From an uncultured bacterium (GTDB lineage: Bacteria > Armatimonadota > UBA5829): DNA of 24,000 nucleotides. Under the pieces are notes generated by a model that did no database searches, was not told the DNA's origin, and worked only from the letters and a program-made list of their open reading frames with translations. A program made the translations under genes and the position numbers. The stretch covers positions 95,184 to 119,183 of the forward strand of contig CAZTAO010000003.1 in the NCBI GenBank assembly GCA_964611645.1, read 5' to 3'. Positions 14,244 through 24,000 of the stretch are shown piece by piece; within the stretch, counting starts at the first letter, position 1, and every line of letters starts with the position of its first letter.

Positions 14244-14510
14244 GATTACGCGGCCCTTCGACAAGCTCAAGATCGCACGGATGACGCGGAACAGACCTGG
14301 CGTGGAACTTGGGGATCGGTTGCAGGTTGCGGGGATGGGACTAATGGGACATATACGACTTATGGGACGCGAGGGGAGTAGACCTGATCTGCTTACTTCC
14401 TCCATTTCTGGCTTTCCGCTTCCGTTCCCTCGTCTCTCTCCGTGCTTTCCCCCTTTCGCGCTTTCGTGATCCCGTGCTTCGTACCTTCCAGCTTCGCGAT
14501 TCGGAAAGAT
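14244..14510. repeat. composite of degenerate repeat modules upstream of lepA
   Basis: ACGCGGATTACGCGG and GCACGGATGACGCGGA are variants of the CGCAGATGA module. GGTTGCAGGTTGCGG is a variant of the GTTGAC module. ATGGGACTAATGGGAC...TTATGGGAC lies at 14335-14368. CGTGCTTTC...TTTCGCGCTTTCGTG...CGTGCTTCG...CTTCGCG (14441-14498) is the inverted CACGAAA/GCGAAA module. Confidence 0.65.
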
Positions 14511-14538
14511 TTGGCTGCTTCTGGTAAAATAGTATTCT

Positions 14539-16350
14539 ATGGAAAATCAGCAATCACATATACGTAACTTTTGCATCATCGCGCACATCGATCATGGCAA
14601 GTCCACCCTCGCCGACCGTATCCTGGAATTCACCGGGGCGGTTGAGAAGGGGCGGATGATGAATCAGCTTCTGGACAGCATGGACCTGGAGCGCGAGCGG
14701 GGCATTACTATCAAGATGAAGGCCGTCCGCCTGTGGTATAACGCCAAGGACGGGCAGACTTATGAGCTCAACCTCATCGACACCCCCGGCCACGTGGACT
14801 TCACATACGAGGTCTCGCGGTCTCTGGCGGCTTGCGAGGGGGCGATTCTGGTGGTGGACGCGTGCCAGGGGGTTGAGGCGCAGACCCTCGCCAACACCAA
14901 CCTCGCAATGAACCACAACCTGGAGATCATCCCGGTCATCAACAAGATAGATGTCGACCGGGCCGACCCCGAGAAGGTGGCCGCAGAGATAGAGGAGATT
15001 CTTGCCCTCGACGCTTCGGACGCCATCCTGGCAAGCGCCAAAATGGGGATCGGAACCGAGGAGATACTCGAGGCGATTGTAACCCGGATTCCGCCGCCCG
15101 CGGGCAAGCGCGACGCCCCTTTGCGGGCCTTGATCTTCGACTCCCACTTCGACCAGTACGTCGGGGTAGTAGCCTATATCCGCGTGATGGACGGCAATAT
15201 CGAGCCCGGAATGCGGATTCGGATGATGGCCAGTGGCAAGGATTTTGAAGTGAACTCGGTCGGCATATTCAAGCCTGAGATGTTTGAGACGGAGAGGCTT
15301 TCGGCGGGGGAGGTTGGTTACGTGACCGCCTCCATGAAGACCGTCGGAGATACCCGGGTTGGGGATACCATCACCGATGCGGAAAACCCCGCCACGGATA
15401 TACTGCCCGGCTACCGGGAAGTGCAGCCGATGGTCTACTGTGGGCTGTTCCCGATAGAAACCAACCAGTACGCCAACCTGAAAGACTCGCTCACCAAACT
15501 CCAGCTCAACGACGCCGCCCTGACCTACGAGCCGGAAAGCTCGGCAGCGCTGGGGCTTGGCTACAGGTGCGGGTTCCTGGGCCTGTTGCACATGGAGATA
15601 GTGCAGGAGAGGCTGGAGCGGGAGTTCGGGCTGTCTCTTATTGCCACCGCCCCAAGCGTGGTCTACCAGATCACACGCACCGATGGCGAGGTGCTCTTGA
15701 TAGATAATCCCAACGACCTCCCCGACCCCACCGAGATGGATAAGGTCGAGGAGCCGTTTGTGAATGCAACCATTATGGTCCCCAAGGATTATGTCGGGGT
15801 CACCATCGACCTCTGCCTCGACCGCCGGGGAGTCTACGGAAGTCTGGAATACCCCAGCCCGGACCTCGTGATGGTTCACTTCAAGCTCCCGCTGGCGGAG
15901 ATACTTATGGACTTCTTCGACACCCTCAAAAGCCGCACGCGGGGGTATGCGTCGTTCGACTACGAGTTCACCGGCTACGAGCAGTCCAGCGTGAGCAAGC
16001 TGCGAATTCTGCTGAACGGCGACCCGGTGGACGCCCTGTCATTCATCACCCACCGCGACCGCGCGTTTACCAGGGCAAAGGTGCTGGTGGAGCGGCTGCG
16101 AGACGTGATCCCGCGCCAGCAATACGAGTGCCGGATTCAGGCGGCCCTGGGCGGAAAGATCATCGCTGCGGCGACAGTAAAGGCCTTCCGCAAGAACGTT
16201 ATCGCCAAGTGCTACGGCGGAGACATAACCCGAAAGCGCAAACTCCTGGAGAAGCAAAAAGTGGGTAAAAAGAGGATGAAGAGCATAGGCTCAGTAGAGG
16301 TCCCGCAAGAAGCCTTTATGAGCGTGCTGAAGATCGGGGATGACAAATAG
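14539..16350 (+). CDS. lepA: elongation factor 4 (LepA)
   Basis: [37 protein letters not shown] and a C-terminal LepA-specific domain ending ...[28 protein letters not shown]. 603 aa. Confidence 0.97.
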   Translation: MENQQSHIRNFCIIAHIDHGKSTLADRILEFTGAVEKGRMMNQLLDSMDLERERGITIKMKAVRLWYNAKDGQTYELNLIDTPGHVDFTYEVSRSLAACEGAILVVDACQGVEAQTLANTNLAMNHNLEIIPVINKIDVDRADPEKVAAEIEEILALDASDAILASAKMGIGTEEILEAIVTRIPPPAGKRDAPLRALIFDSHFDQYVGVVAYIRVMDGNIEPGMRIRMMASGKDFEVNSVGIFKPEMFETERLSAGEVGYVTASMKTVGDTRVGDTITDAENPATDILPGYREVQPMVYCGLFPIETNQYANLKDSLTKLQLNDAALTYEPESSAALGLGYRCGFLGLLHMEIVQERLEREFGLSLIATAPSVVYQITRTDGEVLLIDNPNDLPDPTEMDKVEEPFVNATIMVPKDYVGVTIDLCLDRRGVYGSLEYPSPDLVMVHFKLPLAEILMDFFDTLKSRTRGYASFDYEFTGYEQSSVSKLRILLNGDPVDALSFITHRDRAFTRAKVLVERLRDVIPRQQYECRIQAALGGKIIAAATVKAFRKNVIAKCYGGDITRKRKLLEKQKVGKKRMKSIGSVEVPQEAFMSVLKIGDDK

Positions 16351-16516
16351 AATCGCGAAGACCGCGAAATGGGCGAAGGACGCGAAAAGAGCCGATTATC
16401 CGCAGATGACGCAGATGAACGCAGATGGAGTTGACGGTTGTCGGTTGACAGTTGACGGTTGGGCTGACGCGAACCCAATTCCCCCTTTGAAGGGGGCGAG
16501 GGGGATGTGAGCGGCG
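16351..16516. repeat. composite repeat element (modules G-B-C-D) between lepA and tspO
   Basis: GCGAAG/GCGAAA repeats at 16351-16394. The 32-mer TATCCGCAGATGACGCAGATGAACGCAGATGG at 16397-16428 is identical to 11340-11371. The 29-mer at 16435-16463 is identical to 11303-11331. CCCAATTCCCCCTTTGAAGGGGGCGAGGGGGATGTGAGCGGCG lies at 16474-16516. Confidence 0.9.
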
Positions 16517-16543
16517 TTTGAATCAGAATCTGGAGGCAGTGCT

Positions 16544-17023
16544 GTGAAAATGTCTGGCATACCGGGGCTTGTAATATGCGTAGTCATTTGCATGATGGCC
16601 GGGGTGATCGGCTCTATCTTCACCACCTCAAGCGTCACCGGCTGGTATACGACCATCCAAAAGCCCTCGTTCAACCCGCCTGGTTGGATATTCGGCCCGG
16701 TGTGGACGACTCTCTACATCCTCATGGGCATTGCGCTGTGGCTGGTGCTGAGGAGCGGGGCTGATGCAAGCCTGGTGCGGCCTGCGGTGTGGGTGTTCGC
16801 ATTCCAGCTTGCGCTCAACGCCGGCTGGTCGATAGTCTTCTTCGGCCTCCACTCCCCCGGCTGGGCCTTCGCAGTCCTCGCCGCCCTATGGCTCCTGATC
16901 CTCGCCAGCATCCTGCTATTCTGGCGCATCTCAACCGCCGCAGGCGCGCTACTGCTGCCCTACATCGCGTGGGTCAGCTTTGCGGGGGTGTTGAACTGGG
17001 CGATATGGCGGTTGAATGGGTGA
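16544..17023 (+). CDS. tspO: TspO/MBR family tryptophan-rich sensory protein
   Basis: GWYTTIQKPSFNPPGWIFGPVWTTLYILMGIALW, five hydrophobic helices and a C-terminal WVSFAGVLNWAIWRLN. GTG start with GGAGG 7 nt upstream. Confidence 0.9.
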   Translation: MKMSGIPGLVICVVICMMAGVIGSIFTTSSVTGWYTTIQKPSFNPPGWIFGPVWTTLYILMGIALWLVLRSGADASLVRPAVWVFAFQLALNAGWSIVFFGLHSPGWAFAVLAALWLLILASILLFWRISTAAGALLLPYIAWVSFAGVLNWAIWRLNG

Positions 17024-17188
17024 GGTTGGAATGGTCCCTGCAACGGCCGCGAAGCGAAGCGGACGCCGACCAACATCTCGGAATTGGCATCAACTTCCCT
17101 GACACTGCTGTGCCACATTACGCGAGACACGCAGACTCTGGATGGTTCCGCAAAGGCTAGCTCCGGCGTGGGCGTCAACACCTGATAG

Positions 17189-17917
17189 TTATGTCTTTAC
17201 GTGTTTCCCTCTGTACTTGAACCGCCATATGGCTACGATTAACAAGAGCACGCAGACTCCTAACTCTCTGCCCACGGCTGTCTGTTCCTGCGCCATCGAA
17301 CTGCTCTCGTGTACTCGGATTGCGGCACTCCACCTGGATATGCCTAGTGAGGCGATTCCAAGGTACACGTTCCAGAAATTTGCTGCCTCAAACGCAGAGT
17401 CATCCCCAGACACTCTGGACTTGTCATACAACAAGTTCATTCCCTTGATACCTGCTGTATAGTCATACCACTCGTGTGGTTGCCCAGAGTAGTGACCGGA
17501 GTCCGTCTTGGGTGCAAGTGAATACTGGCTTGCGGACGCTATGACGCCATAGCCGTAGCCCAGAAATCCACCGGCGAACTGCACACACAGAACAAACAGC
17601 AAGACCGCCGGCAGCCTATGTAGCCGAATTCCGAGGCGTCGGTTCAGGTCGAAGAAAGAGCCGCCGAGGACTAGTAGTGCAACAATCAGCCCCCAGCCCA
17701 TGCCATTTGACGTCGTGGTCGCCAATGTTCGGCTGACTCCGTCAACACTCATTCCTCGGATCATTAGGCTATCATTGCCGACTAGCAATTGGAAGGGAGA
17801 CCACTTAATAAGAGCGGTCAATACACCATACGCTGCCAAGACTGCACACGCCAAGACTACGCCGCTCTGTCTGCCACGACCCAATTCAAGCTTCAAGATT
17901 ACCATCCTCCGCGACAA
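17189..17917 (-). CDS. hypothetical polytopic membrane protein
   Basis: 242-aa ORF with about 4-5 hydrophobic segments (VVLACAVLAAYGVLTAL, GWGLIVALLVLGG, LPAVLLFVLCVQFAGGFLGYGYGVI, LGVCVLLLIVAIW). I recognise no family. The start is uncertain (TTG 17917 or ATG 17905). Local GC is lower. Confidence 0.5.
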   Translation of the reverse strand: MSRRMVILKLELGRGRQSGVVLACAVLAAYGVLTALIKWSPFQLLVGNDSLMIRGMSVDGVSRTLATTTSNGMGWGLIVALLVLGGSFFDLNRRLGIRLHRLPAVLLFVLCVQFAGGFLGYGYGVIASASQYSLAPKTDSGHYSGQPHEWYDYTAGIKGMNLLYDKSRVSGDDSAFEAANFWNVYLGIASLGISRWSAAIRVHESSSMAQEQTAVGRELGVCVLLLIVAIWRFKYRGKHVKT

Positions 17918-17978
17918 AAGCTCCGGTGCCAGAATCCATATACCGAGTTGGATACCAGGTGTTGCGAAGCATTACCCT

Positions 17979-18524
17979 CTACTTGTAGACCTTGCCGATG
18001 CCTGCCTTGACCCAGTCAACCCAGTCCTCCCGGGTGACTGCCATCGCAACTATGGACTTTGCATCGCCTGTACTAAACCACTCAGAACTCTTGTACTCCA
18101 AGTTGGAGAACCCCCACCTACCCGACTTGGGAATGCAATATAGCGACACTTGGTCGAGCGGGTACTCCGCCTTGCCCTTGTCCGTATCCCCGCTAAGCAC
18201 CGCCGAGAAGCTCATTATCCCGGCACGTAGCGTCGCCCCCTCTTCTACTGTCTCGCCCATCAGGCAACTGACATCACCCGTACCGACCTGAATAGTGAGG
18301 CGTCTAGCCAAACCATATCCCCCATCCGCATCGCTCAGGTGCGACGGGTTCTCTCTAAGCACTTCGTGGAGCCGCGCGGCAAATCGCTCGAAGCTGACCT
18401 TTGGGTTGGCCAGTATCTCCCGCTGGTTCGCTTCCGCTTGCTGCCGCGCCTTCTCTGACCGTTGCCCTGAAGCGCAGCCAACCATCAGAACAGTGACGAG
18501 CAAACAACACATGACCCTTATCAC
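17979..18524 (-). CDS. hypothetical lipoprotein
   Basis: I place the start at GTG 18524, with AAGGAGG 5 nt upstream. This gives MIRVMCCLLVTVLMVGC/ASG, a lipobox (LMVGC). The remainder is soluble with no recognised domain. The ORF-track start at 18617 would add 31 non-signal residues. Confidence 0.6.
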   Translation of the reverse strand: MIRVMCCLLVTVLMVGCASGQRSEKARQQAEANQREILANPKVSFERFAARLHEVLRENPSHLSDADGGYGLARRLTIQVGTGDVSCLMGETVEEGATLRAGIMSFSAVLSGDTDKGKAEYPLDQVSLYCIPKSGRWGFSNLEYKSSEWFSTGDAKSIVAMAVTREDWVDWVKAGIGKVYK

Positions 18525-18582
18525 GATTGCCTCCTTAGCTCGGAAACTCGTCTCAGAATGCTCCGCAGCTTCCGCTGCTAGC

Positions 18583-18921
18583 TCAACTGCCGCCAGTAGG
18601 TTGTGTTCCGCCCGCATTCCGACGCGCTAGTGCTTGATCTATGGCGGCCGTGAATGGTCGCCATATGTTCGGGAAGTACTGGAAGTGCCAGTCGCCTTCG
18701 GTTGTCTCAATCGTGAGCCATCTTAACCCGAACGCCCACAGCAGGCACACTACGGGCCACAATGGCAAAATGATCCACAGCAAGTCCGGCCACCAAAGAA
18801 CCCGCAAGCGATAGCCTTTGAGGCTCTCAATTGGACAGTGCCTTTTGCCGATCGTTACTCCCCTGTCGGAGACTCGCAAGCCGCCCATCTGTCTCTCGTA
18901 GAATATCTCTTCACCGTTCAT
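18583..18921 (-). CDS. hypothetical small membrane protein
   Basis: 112 aa. ATG 18921 has GGAGG 5 nt upstream. There is a central Trp-rich hydrophobic hairpin (LWWPDLLWIILPLWPVVCLLWAFGLRW). No recognised family. Confidence 0.55.
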   Translation of the reverse strand: MNGEEIFYERQMGGLRVSDRGVTIGKRHCPIESLKGYRLRVLWWPDLLWIILPLWPVVCLLWAFGLRWLTIETTEGDWHFQYFPNIWRPFTAAIDQALARRNAGGTQPTGGS

Positions 18922-19107
18922 CGACTCCTCCTGTCACACGCGCTTGCCAGCGATTGCCTCGGTAACCCGTACCGTCACGGTCGTGCGCCCTGCCAGAACA
19001 AACACAGAAGGCTCAGTACCACACCCGGTGGTCTGCGCGAATTCCCAACGCCCACTGACTACTTCCACAACCCCCAAGATTTCCCTTCTACTGCTTCGTT
19101 CCCGCCT

Positions 19108-19692
19108 TCACTCCCCCTCCACCTTCGCGCTGTCCAATTGCCCTTGGGTCAGGTTTTCTGCGTGGTCGAGGCTGGCTCCGGTTAGTTTGGCGTCGGTGAG
19201 GTCTGCTCGGTATAGGTCGGCGCCGTCGAACTCGGCGTTGGTCAGGTTGGCGTAGGTGAGTTCCGCGCGGCTCAGGTCTGCGCAGTCCAGAAAGGCATTT
19301 GTGAGGTTGGCCCCTATCAGGCTGGCACGAGTGAGGTCCGCCCCTATCAGGATGGCTCCTGTGAGGTTGGCGTTGATCAGGAGAGCGCGGGTGAGGTTTG
19401 CGTCGGTGAGGCAAGCTCCGACCAGAACCGCATTGTCGAGCGCGGCATTAGAGAGGTTGGCTCCCATCAGCTTTGCGCCGGATAAGTCGCAGCCAATAAG
19501 AACGGCCCCGGAAAGATTGGCCTGGCATAGATCACGGCCGGAAAGGTCCGTGCCGGTCAAGTCGACCTCGGATAGATCAGCTCCGGCCAAGTCCGCGCCA
19601 AGCGGCCACCTGTATCCTCGCACTTCTTTTCTCAGCGCTGCTCTCTCCTGGAACAATTCTGTACCACTGATAATCACTTCGACGGACATCAC
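19108..19692 (-). CDS. pentapeptide-repeat protein
   Basis: About 150 aa of uninterrupted A(D/N)LxX repeats (ADLAGADLSEVDLTGTDLSGRDLCQANLSGAVL...ADLYRADLTDAKLTGASL). The start is GTG 19692 or ATG 19689. Confidence 0.9.
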   Translation of the reverse strand: MMSVEVIISGTELFQERAALRKEVRGYRWPLGADLAGADLSEVDLTGTDLSGRDLCQANLSGAVLIGCDLSGAKLMGANLSNAALDNAVLVGACLTDANLTRALLINANLTGAILIGADLTRASLIGANLTNAFLDCADLSRAELTYANLTNAEFDGADLYRADLTDAKLTGASLDHAENLTQGQLDSAKVEGE

Positions 19693-19710
19693 CTTTTAAC
19701 CTGCACGACA

Positions 19711-19749
19711 CTCACATCCCCCTTACCCCCTTCAAAAGGGGGAATTGGG
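19711..19749. repeat. D-type repeat module, inverted copy
   Basis: CTCACATCCCCCTTACCCCCTTCAAAAGGGGGAATTGGG is the reverse complement of the 16474-16511 module with about 3 differences. Confidence 0.85.
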
Positions 19750-19805
19750 TTTGTTGCGCAATTGCTGACTTCGGCTACAAGCATTACGCTCCGCCCTCTC
19801 TCTAA

Positions 19806-19825
19806 CTCTCTCCCCCAGGAGAGAG
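19806..19825. repeat. CTCTCTCC-N4-GGAGAGAG hairpin (E module)
   Basis: 8-bp stem 19806-19813 / 19818-19825 with loop CCCA. The same stem sequence occurs at 21130-21149. Confidence 0.8.
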
Positions 19826-19932
19826 GACTAGGACTGTCCCTGGCTGTTCACGCAGTGCTCCACCATCAAACCCTCCAGCCATCAAACCCTGCAAAACTGC
19901 CATACGCTATCAGCTATAAGCCATAGGCTGGT

Positions 19933-19962
19933 TTGACACATACCCCCCCAAACTCGCATAAT
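19933..19962 (+). promoter_or_regulatory. candidate sigma70-like promoter for the DegT-type gene
   Basis: TTGACA (19933-19938), 18-nt spacer, CATAAT (19957-19962), about 58 nt upstream of GTG 20021. Confidence 0.35.
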
Positions 19963-20020
19963 ATCTAGCGGTACGAGCTTCGCTTTTGCAGGCGTTTGCT
20001 CACGTGTGAGGTGTAGTCCA

Positions 20021-21127
20021 GTGGCCATTCCCATAGCTAACCCCAAAGTCCAGAACCTGGCGATCAAGGCTGAGCTTGCTGCGGCGGTTGATGAGGTCCT
20101 TGAATCCTGCCATTTCATACTTGGCGAGAACGTGACCCTGCTGGAGCAGGAGATTGCGCGGTACTGCGCGGCGTCTCACGGCGTTGCAGTCAACAGCGGC
20201 ACCGACGCCCTCGTGATCGCTCTTGCGGCCAACGGCATCGGCCCGGGGGATGAGGTCATCACCACGCCCTTCACGTTTGTGGCGACCGCCGAGGCGATAA
20301 TGATAGTCGGGGCGAAGCCGGTGTTTGCGGACATCGACCCCAAGACATTCAACCTCGACCCCAATTGCATCGCCGACAAGATCACAACCAAGACCAGGGC
20401 CATCCTGCCAGTGCACCTCTATGGCCAGTGCGCGGACACCGACGCCATCGATTCCATCGCCCGAACCCACGGACTCAAGGTCATCTACGACGGCGCGCAG
20501 GCAATCGGCTCGAAGCGCCACGGCAAGGGGATCGGGGAGTTCGGCGACGCTGCGACCCTGAGCTTCTTCCCGACCAAGAACCTGGGCGGGTGCGGGGACG
20601 GCGGGATGGTGCTGGCCAACTCGGACGAAGTTGCGGCGGCGGCGAAGATGTACAGGTTCCACGGAATGGACGCCACCTACAGCTACGAAAAAGTCGGCTA
20701 CTGCAGCAGGCTCGACGAGATCCAGGCCGCGCTGCTGAGAGTGAAACTCAAGTATATCGACGCATGGAACGCAGGCCGCCGGGCCAACGCGGCTTACTAT
20801 ATAGAGAAGATGTCGGACCTGCCGATCCAGCTTCCGATCCCGGACCCGGAAAACTTCCACATCTACCACCAGTTCACCCTCCGGTTTGGCAAGCGTGACC
20901 AGCTCAAAGCCAAGCTGGCGGAGTTGGGAGTGGGGAGTGGAGTCTATTACCCAAGTCCGCTGCATGTCCAGAAGGCTTATGCGAACCTGGGATACAAGCA
21001 AGGCGATTTCCCGGAGTCGGAGAAGGCGGCACTGGAGTGCCTGAGCCTCCCGGTCTTCCCGGAACTCCCGCCGGATGACAGAAACACAGTGGCTGAGGCT
21101 GTGGTGCAGAGTGTGAAGGAACTGTAA
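20021..21127 (+). CDS. DegT/DnrJ/EryC1/StrS-family sugar aminotransferase
   Basis: FILGENVTLLEQEIARY, NSGTDALVIALAANGIGPGDEVITTPFTFVATAEAI, PVHLYGQ and SFFPTKNLG (PLP lysine). I prefer GTG 20021 (GAGGTG 7 nt upstream); the ORF-track start is GTG 20006. Confidence 0.9.
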   Translation: MAIPIANPKVQNLAIKAELAAAVDEVLESCHFILGENVTLLEQEIARYCAASHGVAVNSGTDALVIALAANGIGPGDEVITTPFTFVATAEAIMIVGAKPVFADIDPKTFNLDPNCIADKITTKTRAILPVHLYGQCADTDAIDSIARTHGLKVIYDGAQAIGSKRHGKGIGEFGDAATLSFFPTKNLGGCGDGGMVLANSDEVAAAAKMYRFHGMDATYSYEKVGYCSRLDEIQAALLRVKLKYIDAWNAGRRANAAYYIEKMSDLPIQLPIPDPENFHIYHQFTLRFGKRDQLKAKLAELGVGSGVYYPSPLHVQKAYANLGYKQGDFPESEKAALECLSLPVFPELPPDDRNTVAEAVVQSVKEL

Positions 21128-21129
21128 TT

Positions 21130-21149
21130 CTCTCTCCCGGGGGAGAGAG
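21130..21149. repeat. CTCTCTCC-N4-GGAGAGAG hairpin (E module) 3 nt after the DegT stop
   Basis: 8-bp stem 21130-21137 / 21142-21149 with loop CGGG. No downstream T-run. Confidence 0.8.
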
Positions 21150-21373
21150 CTAGAGAGAGGGCGCTCTGTATCAATAAGGTATATGGCTGCGGGAACTCAG
21201 AATGCGTAGTATTGAGAAGCCAGTGCAGGTAGTCGTTCCCGCAGCATAGCAAAAACCCACCCTACCCTCCCTTGTCAGGGAGGAAGACGACGACGAGACC
21301 GCCTGCGGTCTTACCCCCTGATAAGGGGGCGCGGGGGGTTTGTGTAATGACATTTCATCGGAGGTAATGCCCC

Positions 21374-22441
21374 TTGAAGGCTATGATACTCGCGGCGGGG
21401 GTTGGGTCCCGGTTGGACCCGCTTACCCGCAAAGTACCAAAACCGATGGTGCCGATAGTCAATAAGCCGGTTATGGAGCATATAGTCGGCAACCTGGCGA
21501 AGTGCGGTTTTCGGGATGTGATGGTGAACGTGCACTACCTCGGCGACCAGATTATGGACTACTTCGGCGATGGCTCCAAGTGGGACATCCATATCCACTA
21601 CTCGGTAGAAGACCAGCTTTGGGGCGATGCGGGAAGCGTGAAGCGGTGCGAGGACTTCTTCGACGAGCAGACATTCCTGGTAGTCGGAGGAGATGACCTC
21701 ACCGACATCGACTTCGGCAGGCTGGTGCGCCATCACCAGGAGAAGAAAGCGCTCGCAACAATTGCGCTTTCGCTGGTGGAGGAGCCATCCGAGTACGGTA
21801 TAGCCCTTCTCAATGACAAGGGCCGCATCACCCGATTTCTCGAGAAGCCCAAGGGTGAGGTGATCTTCTCCAATTCCGCGAACACCGGCATCTATGTCTT
21901 CGACAAAAGCGTTTTGGAGCTCATACCAAAGGGCACCAAGTATGGCCTGGGAGCAAACCTGCTCCCTCTGCTGCTCGAGCAGAAGTCCCGGTTTTATGGG
22001 TTCTTGACCTCCGGCTACTGGAAAGATGTCGGGAGCCTGCGTGAGTATCACCAGGCCCACCACGATGCCCTCAGTGGGCGAGTGGACATCAAGCTGCCGG
22101 TCCCGGAGAAACGCAAGTATGTGTGGATGGGGGAGAACGTGGAAATTGACCCCTCCGCCGAAATAGGCTATCCTGTGGTGATAGGAAACAACTGCAAGAT
22201 AGGCAAAGGCGCCAAACTCCTGGAGTATTCCGTGCTGGGTGACGGCTGTATTCTGGAGGAGGGCGCTGTTGTGAGCTGCAGCATCCTCTGGCAGGGCGCA
22301 AGCGTGCTCAAGGACACGATGCTTCAACGCTGCGTGGTTGGTGACAACTGCGCAGTCAAATCCAACGCGGCAGTATTCGATGGAGTCATAGTAGACCCCA
22401 CAAGACGCAACACCGCAAACGGCGAAAAGCCCGCTGCGTAG
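21374..22441 (+). CDS. NDP-sugar pyrophosphorylase (sugar-1-phosphate nucleotidyltransferase) with C-terminal hexapeptide-repeat domain
   Basis: MKAMILAAGVGSRLDPLTRKVPKPMVPIVNKPVMEHIV is the GxGxRLxPLTxxxPK signature. The C-terminus has left-handed beta-helix repeats (IGNNCKIGKGAKLLEYSVLGDGCILEEGAVV). TTG start with GGAGG 9 nt upstream. Confidence 0.85.
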   Translation: MKAMILAAGVGSRLDPLTRKVPKPMVPIVNKPVMEHIVGNLAKCGFRDVMVNVHYLGDQIMDYFGDGSKWDIHIHYSVEDQLWGDAGSVKRCEDFFDEQTFLVVGGDDLTDIDFGRLVRHHQEKKALATIALSLVEEPSEYGIALLNDKGRITRFLEKPKGEVIFSNSANTGIYVFDKSVLELIPKGTKYGLGANLLPLLLEQKSRFYGFLTSGYWKDVGSLREYHQAHHDALSGRVDIKLPVPEKRKYVWMGENVEIDPSAEIGYPVVIGNNCKIGKGAKLLEYSVLGDGCILEEGAVVSCSILWQGASVLKDTMLQRCVVGDNCAVKSNAAVFDGVIVDPTRRNTANGEKPAA

Positions 22442-22445
22442 ACCT

Positions 22446-23963
<1,518 letters not shown>

Positions 23964-24000
23964 TTTTGCTGGAGCACACAGAAATGGACAAGCCGAAGGC

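Noticed and set aside
14554-15879. 441-aa minus-strand ORF
   Set aside because: It is antisense to lepA, whose identity is unambiguous. It is a shadow ORF.
18525-18617. N-terminal extension of the lipoprotein ORF
   Set aside because: AAGGAGG followed by GTG 18524 yields a textbook signal peptide and lipobox. The extension would bury the signal and would overlap the upstream gene's 3' end.
18944-19699. Two plus-strand ORFs (103 and 147 aa) with their own periodic sequence
   Set aside because: They are mirror images of the pentapeptide-repeat gene on the minus strand. The periodicity is inherited from it.
20000-21001. 333-aa minus-strand ORF
   Set aside because: It is antisense to the DegT-family gene, which has clear PLP-enzyme motifs. 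Its composition is Arg/Val/Asp-rich, as in shadow ORFs.

Overview
High-GC bacterial chromosomal segment, about 60-65% GC in hand-counted sample lines. It probably comes from a diderm, uncultured-type lineage. I support 24 protein-coding genes or gene fragments, one tRNA(CAT), several sequence-predicted promoters, and many short modular intergenic repeats. Confident housekeeping calls are lepA, ahcY, tspO, dCMP deaminase, a DegT-type aminotransferase, an NDP-sugar pyrophosphorylase, 2-oxoacid dehydrogenase E1 alpha and beta, a class-III aminotransferase and an MttB-family methyltransferase. The best candidate for an undescribed system is a tightly packed five-gene plus-strand operon at 1797-5942. 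It encodes dCMP deaminase, an HAD hydrolase with an atypical motif I, a small ParB/Srx-like protein, a 495-aa fusion (MtrA-like domain, divergent thymidylate-synthase-fold domain, DUF4346-like tail) and a YprB-type RNase H-like exonuclease. I read this as an uncharacterised pyrimidine-nucleotide or DNA-base C5-modification pathway, or an alternative thymidylate pathway. Other points of interest follow. (a) A minus-strand operon couples a non-Pyl MttB homologue to orphan E1 alpha/beta and an omega-aminotransferase, with no corrinoid protein or E2/E3 in the window. (b) A lower-GC insertion at about 12.2-14.2 kb has a truncated ECF sigma gene abutting a truncated IS1182/IS5-type transposase, next to a TetR-SMR efflux pair bracketed by ~35-bp direct repeats. 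(c) A lower-GC four-gene minus-strand cluster of unknown function lies at 17.2-19.7 kb (pentapeptide-repeat protein, two membrane proteins, a lipoprotein). (d) Reshuffled repeat modules fill almost every intergenic region. They include a perfect 28-mer placed in the same relative orientation upstream of both mttB and ahcY, and a ~300-bp palindromic composite element. No CRISPR array, rRNA or prophage was seen. All functional calls rest on by-eye motif recognition; no database search was possible.
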